Under the pieces are notes generated by a model. The model saw only the letters and a program-made list of their open reading frames with translations. It searched no databases and was not told where the DNA came from. The position numbers and the translations under genes are program-made. Below, piece by piece: positions 1-11,875 of a stretch of 64,000 nt of DNA. The stretch comes from Octopus vulgaris (lineage: Eukaryota): contig OX597820.1 of NCBI GenBank assembly GCA_951406725.2, positions 13,950,001 to 14,014,000 of the forward strand, written 5' to 3'. How positions within the stretch are numbered: the first letter of the stretch is position 1; each line of letters starts with the position of its first letter.

Positions 1-199
1 TGTATACATATATAAATATATATATATATATATATAAGCATACATGGATATATATATATATACATATAAAAATGTATTTATGAAAAGAATTGAAATTTGC
101 ATAAGAGAGGGATTTGAATGGCTATTGTTTTCTGCAGGTTATTCAAAGACTATTTGTATATTATTCATTTATTAAAAAATTTGGTTCATTTTAATTATT

Positions 200-900
200 A
201 TATGTTTGTTTGTGTGCATGGGTTCGTGTTAATGAATGTATGCGCGTGTATATGTGTATTTATATATGCATGTATATGTACAAGGGTGTTTGTATGTGTA
301 TATACTTATATGTATGCAAATGTCTGTATTTGTTGTGTGTGCTTGTGTGTATGTATGTATGTATGTATGTATGCAGGTACAGATATTTGTATGTATGTAT
401 GTGTATGTTCATATTGTATTGTATGTATGTATGTGTATGTTCATATTGTATGTATGTATGTGTATGTTCATATTTGTATGTATGTATGTGTATGTTCATA
501 TTGTATGTATGTATGTGTATGTTCATATTTGTATGTATGTGTGTGTGTGAGTATAGGTATGTGTATGTACATATGTATATGGGTATAGATGTGTATGTGT
601 GTGTGTATGTACATATAACATTCTTCTGAGTCTGTGTGTGTTTGTGTGTATGCAGGTACAGATATTTGTATGTTTGTATGTGTATGTGTATGTACATGTA
701 TGTATGCAAATGTGTGTGTATCTATGTATGTATATATGTATATATATATGTGTGTGTGTGAGTATAGGTATGTGTATGTACATATGTATATGGGTATAGA
801 TGTGTATGTATGTGTACATATAACATTCTTCTGAGTATGTGTGTTTGTGTGTATGCACATACATATACACGCAACCATAACACATACATGTATGTGCATA
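200..900. repeat. Compound (TG/TATG) microsatellite with an internal ~200-bp imperfect duplication
   Basis: Blocks such as gtataggtatgtgtatgtacatatgtatatgggtatagatgtg and catataacattcttctgagt each occur twice (~550-630 and ~760-838). Confidence 0.9.
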
Positions 901-1511
901 TAATTCCCAGAAATGTTATACACAATTCCATTTCTTTTAGATTTTTATTCATATTTCAGTTGGACATTAATGGAACCAGAGATTGTGGTTTGTTTGTTTT
1001 GTCTGAGAACAAATTAATTAATGCCTCCGCTTCGTTTATTTAGAAAATTTTTGTTTCTTTTATTTACTTTTTTTTCTATCATATATATATGTCTGTATGT
1101 ATATATATATATACATATATATGTATGTATATATTATGTGTATACGTAACATTTTTCTGTTCCTTTGTCAAACATACTCCAAGACATTCTTGTGCGACTG
1201 TGAACATTATTTGAACTTGTTGGTGATCTCTTTTTTTGTTTTTTTCTTTCTTTTTTTTTGTCTTTTGTTTCTTTTTATTTTTATTTTTATTTTTTATTCC
1301 GTCTTTGATTCTTAACAAGTTCATCAGAATCGACAGCACTTCGTAAATTATCACCGCCTACACCGCTACTACTACTACTAATATTACTACTACTAGTAAT
1401 AATAATAATAACAATAATAATTTGAAATTGCCAATCCTGTTTTAATTGAGATGAAAAATCTATAGATATTCATTGCTGCTGGCAGCATTAACTTGTAAAA
1501 CCCTTTTGTTA

Positions 1512-1545
<34 letters not shown>

Positions 1546-2226
1546 CCTGAATCTGAAAATGTGATTTCTGTGGTCTTTGGTGCTTTTCAAGAATTCTGAA
1601 GCTGATAGCAACATCATGTGTAAAGGCTGCCGCTGCTATTTCTACTACTACTACTACTACTACTAGTAAATATTTTTGTTGTAAATCCCATTGTTAGCAG
1701 CGAGTGTACTTTCTGAAATGCACAGCTTACATCGCATCGTGGCTGTGACCACTAGCAAGAATCTTGTGACAGTTAAAAGCCTTCGGACATTGTCCCTGGC
1801 TGCAACTGGTAGCCATTGACTCGTAACCTATTCAAACTGAAAATTCCGGTTATTCAGTTAACCTTTTCAAGTCTAAATGCTCTTACCAGAATCTTTAATG
1901 GGTCCTAAATAGTTATCTGTTGTAGCCACTTAACTACAAAATCGTTTTAGACAATCACCAGGCCCTTTCAAGTACATAGCTTCTATTGGTAAACGTTAAA
2001 CTGGATATTGCTTAGGGAACCATGCTAGCTGTTAAAATCCTTCTTGTCGTTAGGTTAAAACCTTTCTCTGTTTTCTTTGATGCTTTGCTGCCAACAGATC
2101 TTAGAATGACCACTTGAACAGTTTGTGAGATCTGTAAAACTTTCACCTTATCTGTGAGGTAAACTTGTCAAGCTTGCAAGAGCCCATGCAAAACTATTGT
2201 TTCTGTGTGTATGTGTTTCTCCCTTG

Positions 2227-2312
2227 ACCGCGCCGCCACCCCTTAAAAATCTGGTGTCTGGTGTGTTCTACCGCGCCGCCACCCCTTAAAAATCTGGTGT
2301 CTGGTGTGTTCT
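2227..2312. repeat. Perfect 43-bp tandem duplication
   Basis: accgcgccgccaccccttaaaaatctggtgtctggtgtgttct at 2227-2269 and again at 2270-2312. Confidence 0.95.
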
Positions 2313-3289
2313 AATTAACTGATCCTGTTTGTGCCTGACCGAACTTATATCGATGATGACGATGGTGATTATGACGATTTTTAACTTCAGTTATAAGACC
2401 ATGATGAGTGTACCCAATTCAACTGACCATTCTCCACTGTGGAAGAATGACCAATTAAGATTTTTTAAAAAAATGATCCTTGGTGGAATGAGAACTCATA
2501 ACTTAAAGGGATTTAATCATTGTGAAATTTGTCCCGCACTGTCCTGTTCCTGTCACCCACCACTTACCCACCCATTTGTGCTAATTCTACAACCACCACC
2601 ACTATCGCTACTATCACCTTTACCATCTCTTTGGCACGACTACCATCACTAATAATATGACTGCAAACATCCTTACTACTCTTCCTATTATTATTATTAT
2701 TATTATTATTAATATTATTAATCGGTTCCACTACAACTATTTATTTGACTTTGTCAGTGGGACTTAAACTACGGCCTGTTTCTCAAGCAGTTACGTACTA
2801 TTGGTGGAATGATGCGTGTTGCCAGCAGATCTGGATTTTGAATAAAAGGATTAAAATTAACAAATACATAACTAACAATTAGTAAAAATGCACAATGAAA
2901 GCTGCCACTATGAAAAATAAAGGGAGATAATAAATTTATTCCATATTTCGGCTTGGATGATTAATCTGTGCTTGTTAAAGATGAAAGATTGGTCAGATAC
3001 GTTATTCTTCTTTGTCTCTCTTTGTTTCGCATTTTGTGGGGAGTTTGGGGCTTTCATCTAATTTTTGCTTTATTTATATTTAAATGACAATGCTTCATGT
3101 ACAAGGTCAATTTCTTTTTTTTTTTTTCTTGTTCAAAGTTTCAAAATTTTATTTTTGTTTTGTGTTTCCATATTCATCCTTATTATGCCCCTCTGCCTTC
3201 AAAGAAATAAAAAAAAAAATCATTTCCCTTTTATTTTTGTATTTATTTTACTTTTTAATTTATATATATATAAGATAAAAAGCTAAGTC

Positions 3290-3450
3290 GGAAGAAATAC
3301 CACCCAGCATTTTGTTCAGTTTGCCAATGGTTCTGCCAGCTTACCACAATAATAATAATAATCCTTTCTGCTGGAAGCACAAGGCCTCAGATTTGTTGGG
3401 CAGGGACTAGTTGAGTACATCAACCCTAGTGTTTCACAGGTACTTAATTT
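3290..3450 (-). mobile_element. Degraded, rearranged fragments of tRNA-derived SINE family B
   Basis: gaaataccacccagcattt...ttctgccagc and gcacaaggcc...tacatcaaccctagt...gtacttaattt match the family B copies at 9875 and 59510. Confidence 0.7.
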
Positions 3451-3831
3451 GCATCAATAAGCATTTTGATTTGTCCTGTTTTCAATTCTCATAGCCTCAT
3501 CCCTTTTGAGAAATATTTCCCCAGAGTGTCTCATTTGTAGATAATATAGTTTGAGACTTTTAGTGGTCTATGTTGCACCCAGAATTTGTAAAGTGCAAAT
3601 AGCTGCAGTGTCTTCTTGAAGGAAAATTTGAAAATATATATTTCACTAGTTTGCTTGCATTTATTTACTGTGTTTCCTGATATACAAGTTGGAATGTTCA
3701 GACCAAGATCTACAGCCCCAAAAAGGTAAGTCAACATTATACACGAAGACAACTTTGGAAGACCAAAAATTCCATGTGAAATGTAGCAAGATTCGGAAAG
3801 ATAATGGTGACACTTGAAGGTTTACACTATA

Positions 3832-4135
3832 CAAGGTCTGATCAATAAGTATCCGGACTGTTGCCATAGTAACGAAGCTAAAGCATTCAGAGTAAAGCTG
3901 CTTGGCACAAATTGACCTTGAACTCTGCTGTGTATGTGCACTAAATTTTAACATTCTAGCTCACGTCCGTTGTTTACAGCAGTGCTTGGAAGGAGTTTGT
4001 GTAGCGTGTGATCATCGCATTGACCATGATAGAAAAACGAACAGAGAATCTGCGCCAAATTTTGCCAAAAGCTTGGCGATACCTGCTCAGAGGCCTACAT
4101 AAAGTTTTCAAAAAGTTTTCATCATTCTTGACCTC
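3832..4135 (+). mobile_element. Mariner-family transposon remnant: left TIR plus transposase N-terminus
   Basis: TA followed by caaggtctgatcaataagtatccggact (mariner-type TIR). 4039-4098 translates EQRICAKFCQKLGDTCSEAY, resembling the EQR.CIKFC.KLG N-terminus of mariner transposases. Confidence 0.8.
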
Positions 4136-4332
4136 AGATGTTTTTTTTTTTTTGAGACATTTTTTTGGTAAAAAGTGCCTTTTATGTGCCATGAAATATG
4201 GTCGCTTCAGAATGTTTCACACTCTCACACAGGTTATATCAGTCTTGAAATACCTTGTAGTTTTAGTCCCTGTTATTGCCAAAACTACTTACCTGTAATC
4301 AAGAATTTTAAAACATTATTACTTCATTAATT

Positions 4333-4543
4333 AGGCATAGGAGTAGCTGTGTGGTAAGTAACTTGCTTACCAAACCACATGGTTCCGGGTTCAGCCCCAC
4401 TGCGTGGCACCTTGGGCAAGTGTCTTCTACTATAGCCTTGGGCCAATCAAAGCCTTGTGAGTGGATGTAAAAAAAATCAGTGTTATACACTAACAGAGTA
4501 AATTCATTTTTGTAGATGGAAACTGAAAGAAGCCCATCGTGTG

Positions 4544-4578
<35 letters not shown>

Positions 4579-4783
4579 GTATATGTTTGTGTGTCTGTGT
4601 TTGTCCCCCAACATTGCTTGACAACTGATGGTGGTGTGTTTACATTCCTGTAACTTAGCAGTTCGGGAAAAGAGACCGATAGAATAAGTACTAGGCTTCC
4701 AAATAAGTCCTGGGGTCGATATGTTCGACTAAAAGTGGTGCTCCAGCATGGCCAGTCAAAATGACTGAAACAAGTAAAAGAAA
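4333..4783 (+). mobile_element. tRNA-derived SINE family A (CORE-like), near full length
   Basis: A-box tagctgtgtggtaag, B-box gggttcagcccc, ccttgggcaagtg block, internal microsatellite, tail ggtgctccagcatggcc...gactgaaacaagtaaaag. More than 15 related copies in the window. Confidence 0.9.
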
Positions 4784-4804
4784 AATCTCCAACTTGATTT
4801 GGCT

Positions 4805-5545
4805 GTGATGTTTTGAATGCTGGAATCTGCAGTAATCACCCTGAGAAATCCATCTTCTTGCATGCTATAAAAGGCATAGATTATATTCGTAGATGAAGTT
4901 TGGTTAGCGCCAGTGTTTGGCACTGTTGCATCATGTGATTTAATAATAAATTGCAAACCATCAGCCAAACACTGAAAGTCAAATTGAAAATCCATCAAAT
5001 ATATATAGTTTAAATCTGACTAAACAATCAGTGATGTCGCAAAAAGTGGGCAGGCTGTATATAAATTAGCGATTAGTGATGGAATCTGCCTCTGTAATGA
5101 ATATTAATTAGCACATCCAACTTAATTGGTATGTGTTGTTTTGAATGTCACAGTATGTGGCAATCATCCTGAGAAATCTCATATAGATGTTCGTTACTAT
5201 AAAAAGCTTTATAGAGGTCAATGAAATTTCACCAGCATTGTGGTACTGCACTGTTATATCATGTGATCTCATCAATAATTGCAAATCATCATCAACAGAC
5301 AGTCAAGCACTGAATGTCAGATCAAAAATCCATCAAACTGATATAGCTTAACACTGAGTAACATTTAGTGATGTCACAAAATGCTAGTGGGCTGTCTATA
5401 AATTAGCCATTAGTAACAGAAACAGCCTCTGTAATGAATATTAATTAGCACAACCAAATTAATTGGGATGTATTGTTTTGAGCTCCATAGAATGTGGTAA
5501 TCATCTTGAGATATCATCTCATGGATACTAGGTGCTGTAAAAGTC
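4805..5545. repeat. Diverged tandem repeat, ~328-337-bp unit, ~2.2 copies, conserved in short blocks
   Basis: Identical 28-mer gcctctgtaatgaatattaattagcaca at 5088 and 5425; aaaatccatcaaa at 4987 and 5325; tcatgtgat at 4931 and 5259; aatcaYcYtgagaWatc at 4834, 5162 and 5499. Confidence 0.9.
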
Positions 5546-5623
5546 ACAAAGTATTAAGTTAGTACTTTTAGTAAATTTTCTAGCCATAGGGCGTAGGCAT
5601 GGCAGTGTGGTAAGAAGCATGTT

Positions 5624-5842
5624 TAGGCGGCAAGCAGGCAGAACTGTTAGCACACCGGACGGAATGCTTAGTGGTATTTCGTTCTGAGTTCAAATTCCGC
5701 TGAGGTCGACTTTGCCTTTCATCCTTTCAGGGTTGATAAATTAAGTACCAGTTACGCACTGGGGTTGATGTAATCGACTTAATCCCTTTGTCTGTCCTTG
5801 TTTGTCCCCTCTATGTTTAGCCCCTTGTGGGCAATAAAGAAA
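5624..5842 (+). mobile_element. tRNA-derived SINE family B inserted into a family A head, with 13-bp TSD
   Basis: ggcggcaagcaggcagaactgttagc...gagttcaaattcc...; flanking direct repeat taagaagcatgtt at 5611-5623 and 5843-5855. Confidence 0.9.
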
Positions 5843-5879
5843 TAAGAAGCATGTTCAACAGTGTGGTAAGAAGCATGTC

Positions 5880-6345
5880 CTTTCCACTTATTGTGGGAAG
5901 AAGTTGATGAAGGCTTGGGTCTGCGCTTTGCCACCCGGAAGTGAGCCCGAGTAGATAGAGGATACTATCCGCCGGGGTCTGGGTGGCAGCAGTACCAAGC
6001 TACTCAATGAGAATATTTTGCCTGCGGCTGATTGGAAGGGGTCAAAAGCTGTTTTGACCCTATGGACCCAATCAGCCGAAAATCTGGTTTTTCCAGATTT
6101 TTTAAAGAATGACCGGGTCTAGGTATCCAGTGATGCTTGAGAGAGGCCCCCCCACCCTCTAAGTGTTACCTGTGCCTGGAACCGGGCCATATTAAAAAGA
6201 ACTGCCCTAAGGACCAAAATAAGGTCCTGGAGCAGTTGATAAAAGTACTGCTCCCTGCTCCTTCATTGGAGGGAGAGAAGGAGGTGGAAACCTTGAAAAA
6301 AGGAAGAAAACGAAAGGTAGGCAACAATGGTTGCCCACCGAAGGA
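5880..6345 (+). pseudogene. Decayed LINE ORF1 (gag-like, probably L1/Tx1 type) with CCHC zinc knuckle
   Basis: KCYLCLEPGHIKKNCP fits CX2CX4HX4C. The upstream frame (PTYCGKKLMKAWVCALPPG...FPDFL) is broken by stops and a frameshift. Confidence 0.75.
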
Positions 6346-6429
6346 ACCAATCATTATCATCATCATCATCATCACTATCATCATCATCATCATCATTGCC
6401 ATCATCGTCGTCATCATCATCATTCCCTG

Positions 6430-6820
6430 AGTATCACTGGACATCACTGTCTTGGGTCTTAGGACTTTCAAATCTGCTTTCCTGGTTTCCGTGGCATATA
6501 ATTGACCAAGGCTACAGCACTGCCGCTGAATGGGATGCCAGTCTGTTGCAGGGACGAACTCACTCACAAGCTGTGGGGGTTTGAAATAATGTGGAACGAA
6601 GTGACTTGCCCAAGAACACAGTGCACCACCATCTGAGTTTCCACACAGTTTCCATCGACCAAATTCACTTGCGAGGCATTGGTTGGGCCCAGAGCTTTAG
6701 TAGGGAAGACACTGCCCCCCCCCCCCGGGCCCTTTGGCCCCAAAGTACCAGGCAGTGGGACTGAACTAGAAATGACATGGTTGCAAACCGAGCCCCTTAA
6801 CCACACAACCATGCTTGCAA
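6430..6820 (-). mobile_element. Degraded SINE fragments (family E-like and family A head)
   Basis: tgggatgccagtctgttgcagg matches family E; cagtttccatcgaccaaattcact...gcagtgggactgaac...accacacaacca matches family A in reverse. Confidence 0.7.
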
Positions 6821-6992
6821 CTCCTCCTCCACCTCCTCTTCCTCCGCCTCCCCTCCTCCTTCTCCTCCTCCCACTAACTAAACACATTAATCCTCCTTCT
6901 CATGTCCCACTGTCTTTATACATTCATTGCCTTGTCTGTCCCCCCCGCCTACCCACCACTTCCCCATAACAAATAGTCTTCCTTACAGACAA

Positions 6993-7023
<31 letters not shown>

Positions 7024-7311
7024 GTCTCTCTCACACACACGCATACACACAGTTTCTTCTTTTTCTCTCTATTTCTCTCTCTCTCTTTCTATTGGCCCTT
7101 TCTGTCTTCCTCTTCCTCTCTCTCCCTCTTCCTCACTCTCTCTCTCTCTCTCTCTCCTCTTCCATCACAGTCCCCCACCACTCCCTCCTCTTTCTCCAAC
7201 CTTATAACTTTCCTCTCTTCTTCTAGATTTTAGGTCTCCTTCACCCCCACCCCTACTACCCCCACCCAAACATTTCGTTCAGGTGTGGCATTTCACACAG
7301 TTGACCAAACT

Positions 7312-7350
<39 letters not shown>

Positions 7351-7614
7351 CCTCCCTCTTTGTCTTTCTATTCTCTCTCACTCCCTCTCTAATCTTCCCA
7401 TCACCATTACACCACATCACTACCACCACTGCCACCTCCCTCCCTCTACTGCTACTGCTTCTACTAATAACACCACCACTATTAATGTTACTACTACTAC
7501 TACTACCACTACCACCACCACCACTAGCACCACCACTACCACCACCACCACCATCATCTTTTATTACTTTTATTACTACTACTACTACTACCACCACCAC
7601 CACTTTTAATATTT

Positions 7615-7648
<34 letters not shown>

Positions 7649-7665
7649 CACCACTTTTAATGTTT

Positions 7666-7705
<40 letters not shown>

Positions 7706-7792
7706 CAATACCACCACTAACACCACCACTGCCACTACCACTACCACCACCACTACCACCACCACTACCACCACCACCACCACTTTTAATGT

Positions 7793-7826
<34 letters not shown>

Positions 7827-7950
7827 GATCAAGATCACCATCACCACCACCACCACCATGACCACTAACTACTAATGTTGTCATTGTTACCAGCTGCCAT
7901 CATCCCCCACCCACCACCACAACCACCACTGTGACCACCGTGACCACCAT
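6820..7950. repeat. Low-complexity tract: (CCT)n, (CA)n, (CT)n, (CTA)n/(CCA)n
   Basis: Directly visible simple repeats. Confidence 0.95.
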
Positions 7951-8445
7951 CTTCGCACACCAATAATACTAACCTCATTACCATTTCCCTCCACAGCCAG
8001 CTCCCCTGCTCGTCATCCCTATACATGCCACCCCTACGCAATCCATGTCCGAACACTAAGCCGTTGGCACTACAAAGCAATATTCTAATTTGGCATAACA
8101 AACCACAAATCTCTCTGTTTACATGCAGGCAGCCATCAAGACCTGATTGTGTTTGTGTCTATATATCTGTTTGTCTGTCTGTTAGTCTGTCTGTCTATTC
8201 ATCTATCAACTGATATCCATTTTGTCTCTCCTTCCTTTCCCCGCTACCTATGTTTCATTATTTCATCCTTATGTATCTGTAATTATACATACATATTATA
8301 TATATATACATATATATATATATACATACATACATACATACACATATATATACACATATATACATATATATATATGTATATATACACATATATAAATATA
8401 TATATATGTATATATATATACATATATATGTATGTATGACTGCGT

Positions 8446-8487
<42 letters not shown>

Positions 8488-8489
8488 GT

Positions 8490-8702
8490 TCATTTATTCT
8501 TTTATTTGTTTCAATCATCTGACTGTGGCCATGCTGGAGCACCACCTTTAGTCGAATAAATTGACCCCAGGACTTATTCATTGTAAGCCTAGTACTTATT
8601 CTATCGGTCTCTATTTGTTGAATTGCTAAGTTATGGGGATGTAAACACACCAACATCGGTTGTCAGGATATGGTAGGGGGACAAACACAGACAAACATGT
8701 AC

Positions 8703-8745
<43 letters not shown>

Positions 8746-9145
8746 TGTGTGTGTATGGCTGTGTGGTAAGAAGCTTGTTTCCAAACCACATGGTTCTGGG
8801 TTCAGTCCCACTGCATGGCAACATGGACAAGTGTCTTCTACTATAGCCAAGGGCTGACCAAAGCCTTGTGTGTGTGTATTTGGTAGATAGAAACTGAAAG
8901 AATCTTGTTGTATCTATATATATGTATATATCTATGTGTGTATCTTTGTGTCTGTGTTTGTCCCTCCCCCCATCAGCTGGTGTTGGTGTTTACATACCTG
9001 TAACTTAGCAGTTCAGCAAAAAGATACAGATAGAATAAATACTGAGCTTTTAAAAAATAAGTCCTGAGATTGATTTGTTCGACTAAAACCCTTCAAGGTG
9101 GTGTTCCAGCATCACCACAGTCTTATTACTGAAGCAAGTAAAAAT
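8490..9145. mobile_element. Two SINE family A copies in opposite orientation (8490-8700 minus, 3' half; 8752-9145 plus)
   Basis: Both match the family A consensus and are separated by a (TA/TG)n tract. Confidence 0.88.
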
Positions 9146-9162
9146 ATATAAATATATATATA

Positions 9163-9410
9163 TGGTGGTTATCTGCTCCTTATGCAGAGTTTGACAACCT
9201 CCTGTACCTTAGAACCATCATGGTATCTGATGTGGCTTTTAAAACCAAATAATGTTTTGAAAAGATACCCACATAGATTGCACCTCTGATTTGGACCACC
9301 AAGACCTGCAGTTAAGTTCTGATCTTTGTGAATCTTAAAATGTCTTTTGAGGCCTCCGTTAGATTTGCAAACCTTCTGGCATACATTGCATTGAAGGATG
9401 TGCACAGACA
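9163..9410 (-). mobile_element. Two C2H2 zinc-finger motifs, probably the C-terminal end of a LINE ORF2 (RTE-like)
   Basis: CNVCQKVCKSNGGLKRHFKIH and CNLCGYLFKTLFGFKSHIRYH, no TGEKP linker, bounded by (GATA)n and (TA)n. Confidence 0.6.
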
Positions 9411-9417
9411 TATAAGC

Positions 9418-9456
<39 letters not shown>

Positions 9457-9624
9457 TGTAAATGAGGGCCATCATCATACAAGCAGCATCCTTTGTTTCC
9501 AATCTTCTGTGGAAACATCAAGTCATGGAAAAACATTACCTTGCTTGGAAGCAGCGGAAGCTTCCATCCAACCTGTGCAAGCATGAAAAAGTGGACATTA
9601 AAATGATGAATGAAGATGATATGT

Positions 9625-9725
9625 ATCATGTATCTTGTTTGTTATATAATCCTTAATCATGTATCTTGTATGTTATTTAATCCTTAATCATATATTCTGG
9701 TATGTTATTTAATCCTTAATCATTC
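9625..9725. repeat. Minisatellite, ~31-bp unit, 3 copies
   Basis: atcatgtatcttgtWtgttatWtaatcctta repeated. Confidence 0.85.
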
Positions 9726-9772
9726 AAATTATTCTCTCAAATATAATGCTTATTTATTTATTTACATTGTTT

Positions 9773-10880
9773 AGACCTTCAGCATTTAAAAGGGCCATAT
9801 CCAGCCAAAACATTCTACCTGTCTTATGCTCAACTGGCCAGATCTCACCTCTTACACTTGCCCTACAATATTCTTTTCTACTCTAGGCACAAGGCCCAAA
9901 ATTATTTTGGGAAGGAGCCATTCGATCAGATCAACTCCAGTACACAACTGGTACTTAATTTATCGACCCCGAAAAGATAAAGTCAACCTCAGCGGAATTT
10001 GAACTCAGAACATAAAGACATGAAATACCGCTTAGCATTTCGCCCGGTGTGCTAACGTTTCTGCCAGCTCACTGCTTTACTTGGCCTCTAATATTATTCT
10101 AAAAATAAACTATCGTATCATTAAAATCTCAAAGCTACATGGTAATACATGACTATTTCTGTCAACAAGAATAAATAAGCATTACATTTGACAGAGAAAT
10201 CTGAATGAATGCTAAATGGTTAATGCTTAAACTGGCCATATTCAGCCTCTCATACTTATCCTACAATATTGTTCTAACACTAAACAACCACATCATTGAA
10301 GTTTCAACACAAAAAGATAATGAATGAGGAATTCAAAGCAATGAGAATAAATAAGCATCACATTTGACACAATAACCTGAATACTGTTGTTTACTTCTTC
10401 TCGAGTCATGCCTGGCTCATAAGGGCCAGTTTCCCGGTTTCATTGGCGTATAGGTTCCCCACCTGGATGGGATGCCGGTCCGTTGCAGGTGAGCTGCAAG
10501 ATGCAGGAGGAAAGAGTGAGAGAAAGTTGTGGCGAAAGAGTCAGCAGAAGTTCACCATTACCTTCTGCCAGAGCCGCGTGGAGCTTAGGTGTTTCGCTCA
10601 TAAAAACACGCATTGCCCAGTCTGAGATTCAAATCCGCGATCCCTTGACTGCGAGTCCGCTGCTCTAACCACTAGGCCATGTGCCTCCACAACCTGAATA
10701 CTAAAGGGTTAAAATTAATCATACATTATTTTGTGAATTTGAGATTCTGATGAAATAATTGTTTGTTTTCAGAATGACATTGTAGGGGAGGTGCAAGAGG
10801 CTGGATCTTTCCAGTTTGAACCTAAAACAGGTAGAATGTTTTGGTTTGAAATGGTTGGTTCAAATCCTAAAGAGTTAAGA
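9773..10880. mobile_element. Cluster of TTAA-ended (piggyBac-like) MITE copies, family M2, with nested SINEs
   Basis: ccttcagcatttaaa...ggccatatcc...aatgctaaa(t/g)ggttaa; same family as 60896-61097. Interrupted by SINE B (~9875-10078) and SINE E. Confidence 0.75.
10386..10690 (-). mobile_element. tRNA-derived SINE family E with 12-bp TSD
   Basis: Minus-strand head ggaggcacatggcctagtggttagagc; ggaccggcatcccatccagg block (Nin-domain-like); TSD aacctgaatact at 10374-10385 and 10691-10702. Confidence 0.88.
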
Positions 10881-11044
10881 CACCTTTGTTTGTCTTTCAA
10901 GTAAAAAAAATGAAGAAAGACATTAACACCAAAAGAATAACAAATACGACTTACTCTCAGCCATTGTTGGCCGTTCGTTTTTTTGCTTCTATTATGCAAA
11001 TTAGCGAAGGCCATTACTGCTCATATATTGGTCTTTATTCAGAT

Positions 11045-11875
11045 ATGTGTGCGTGCATGTGTGTGTGTGTGTGTGAATGTCTGTATGTGTGTGTAAATGA
11101 CAGAGAGAGTGTGTGTTTGTGTGTGTGTGGGTGTGTATGTGTGAGTGTGTATATGTATGTGTGTGTGAGTGAGAGAGAGAGAGAGAGAGAATGTGTTTGT
11201 GTGTGTGTGAGTGAGTGAGAGTGTGTGTGTTTGTGTGTGTGTGGGTGTGTATGTGTGAGTGTGTATATGTATGTGTGTGTGAGTGAGAGAGAGAGAGAGA
11301 GAGAGAATGTGTTTGTGTGTGTGTGAGTGAGTGAGAGTGTGTGTGTTTGTGTGTGTGTGGGTGTGTATGTGTGAGTGTGTATATGTATGTGTGTGTGAGT
11401 GAGAGAGAGAGAGAGAGAATGTGTTTGTGTGTGTGTGAGTGAGTGAGAGTGTGTGTGTTTGTGTGTGTGTGGGTGTGTATGTGTGAGTGTGTATATGTAT
11501 GTGTGTGTGAGTGAGAGAGAGAGAGAGAGAGAGAATGTGTTTGTGTGTGTGTGTGTTTGTGTGTGTGTATGTGTGTATGAGTGAGAGAGAGAGAGTGTGT
11601 GTCTGTTTGTTGTGCGTGTGTAAGTAAGAGAGAGTGTGTGTGTGTGAGTCTGTGTGTATGTATGTGTGTGGGAGTGAGTGAGTGTGTGTGCTTGTGTGTG
11701 TGAGAGAGAGAGAGTGCATGTGTGTGAGTATGTGTGTATGTGTGTGAGAGAGTGTGTATGTATGTGCAAGTGCATGTGTGTGAATGTGTGTGTTTGAGTG
11801 TATGTGTGTGTGTGTTTGTGCAAGTATATATGTGTGTGTGTGTGTGTGCGCATGTCTGTGTGTATGTGTGTAACT
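11045..11875. repeat. (TG/GA) compound minisatellite, ~117-bp unit, ~4 copies
   Basis: Repeated gtgggtgtgtatgtgtgagtgtgtatatgtatgtg...gagagagaatgtgtttg units. Confidence 0.9.

Noticed and set aside
2398-2460. Box C/D snoRNA (ATGATGA...CTGA)
   Set aside because: The C-to-D spacing is too short, there is no terminal D box with a closing stem, and I could not recognise an rRNA-complementary guide.
4911-4974. Pre-miRNA-like hairpin cagtgtttggc/gccaaacactg
   Set aside because: It has large internal loops, and the pairing is not kept in the duplicate unit.
4756-4998. 80-aa minus-strand ORF in the tandem repeat
   Set aside because: The frame is not preserved in the second unit, and the ORF runs into a SINE.
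9169-9411. Host C2H2-ZNF gene exon
   Set aside because: Only two fingers, no TGEKP linkers, no clear splice sites, and the end resembles a LINE terminus.
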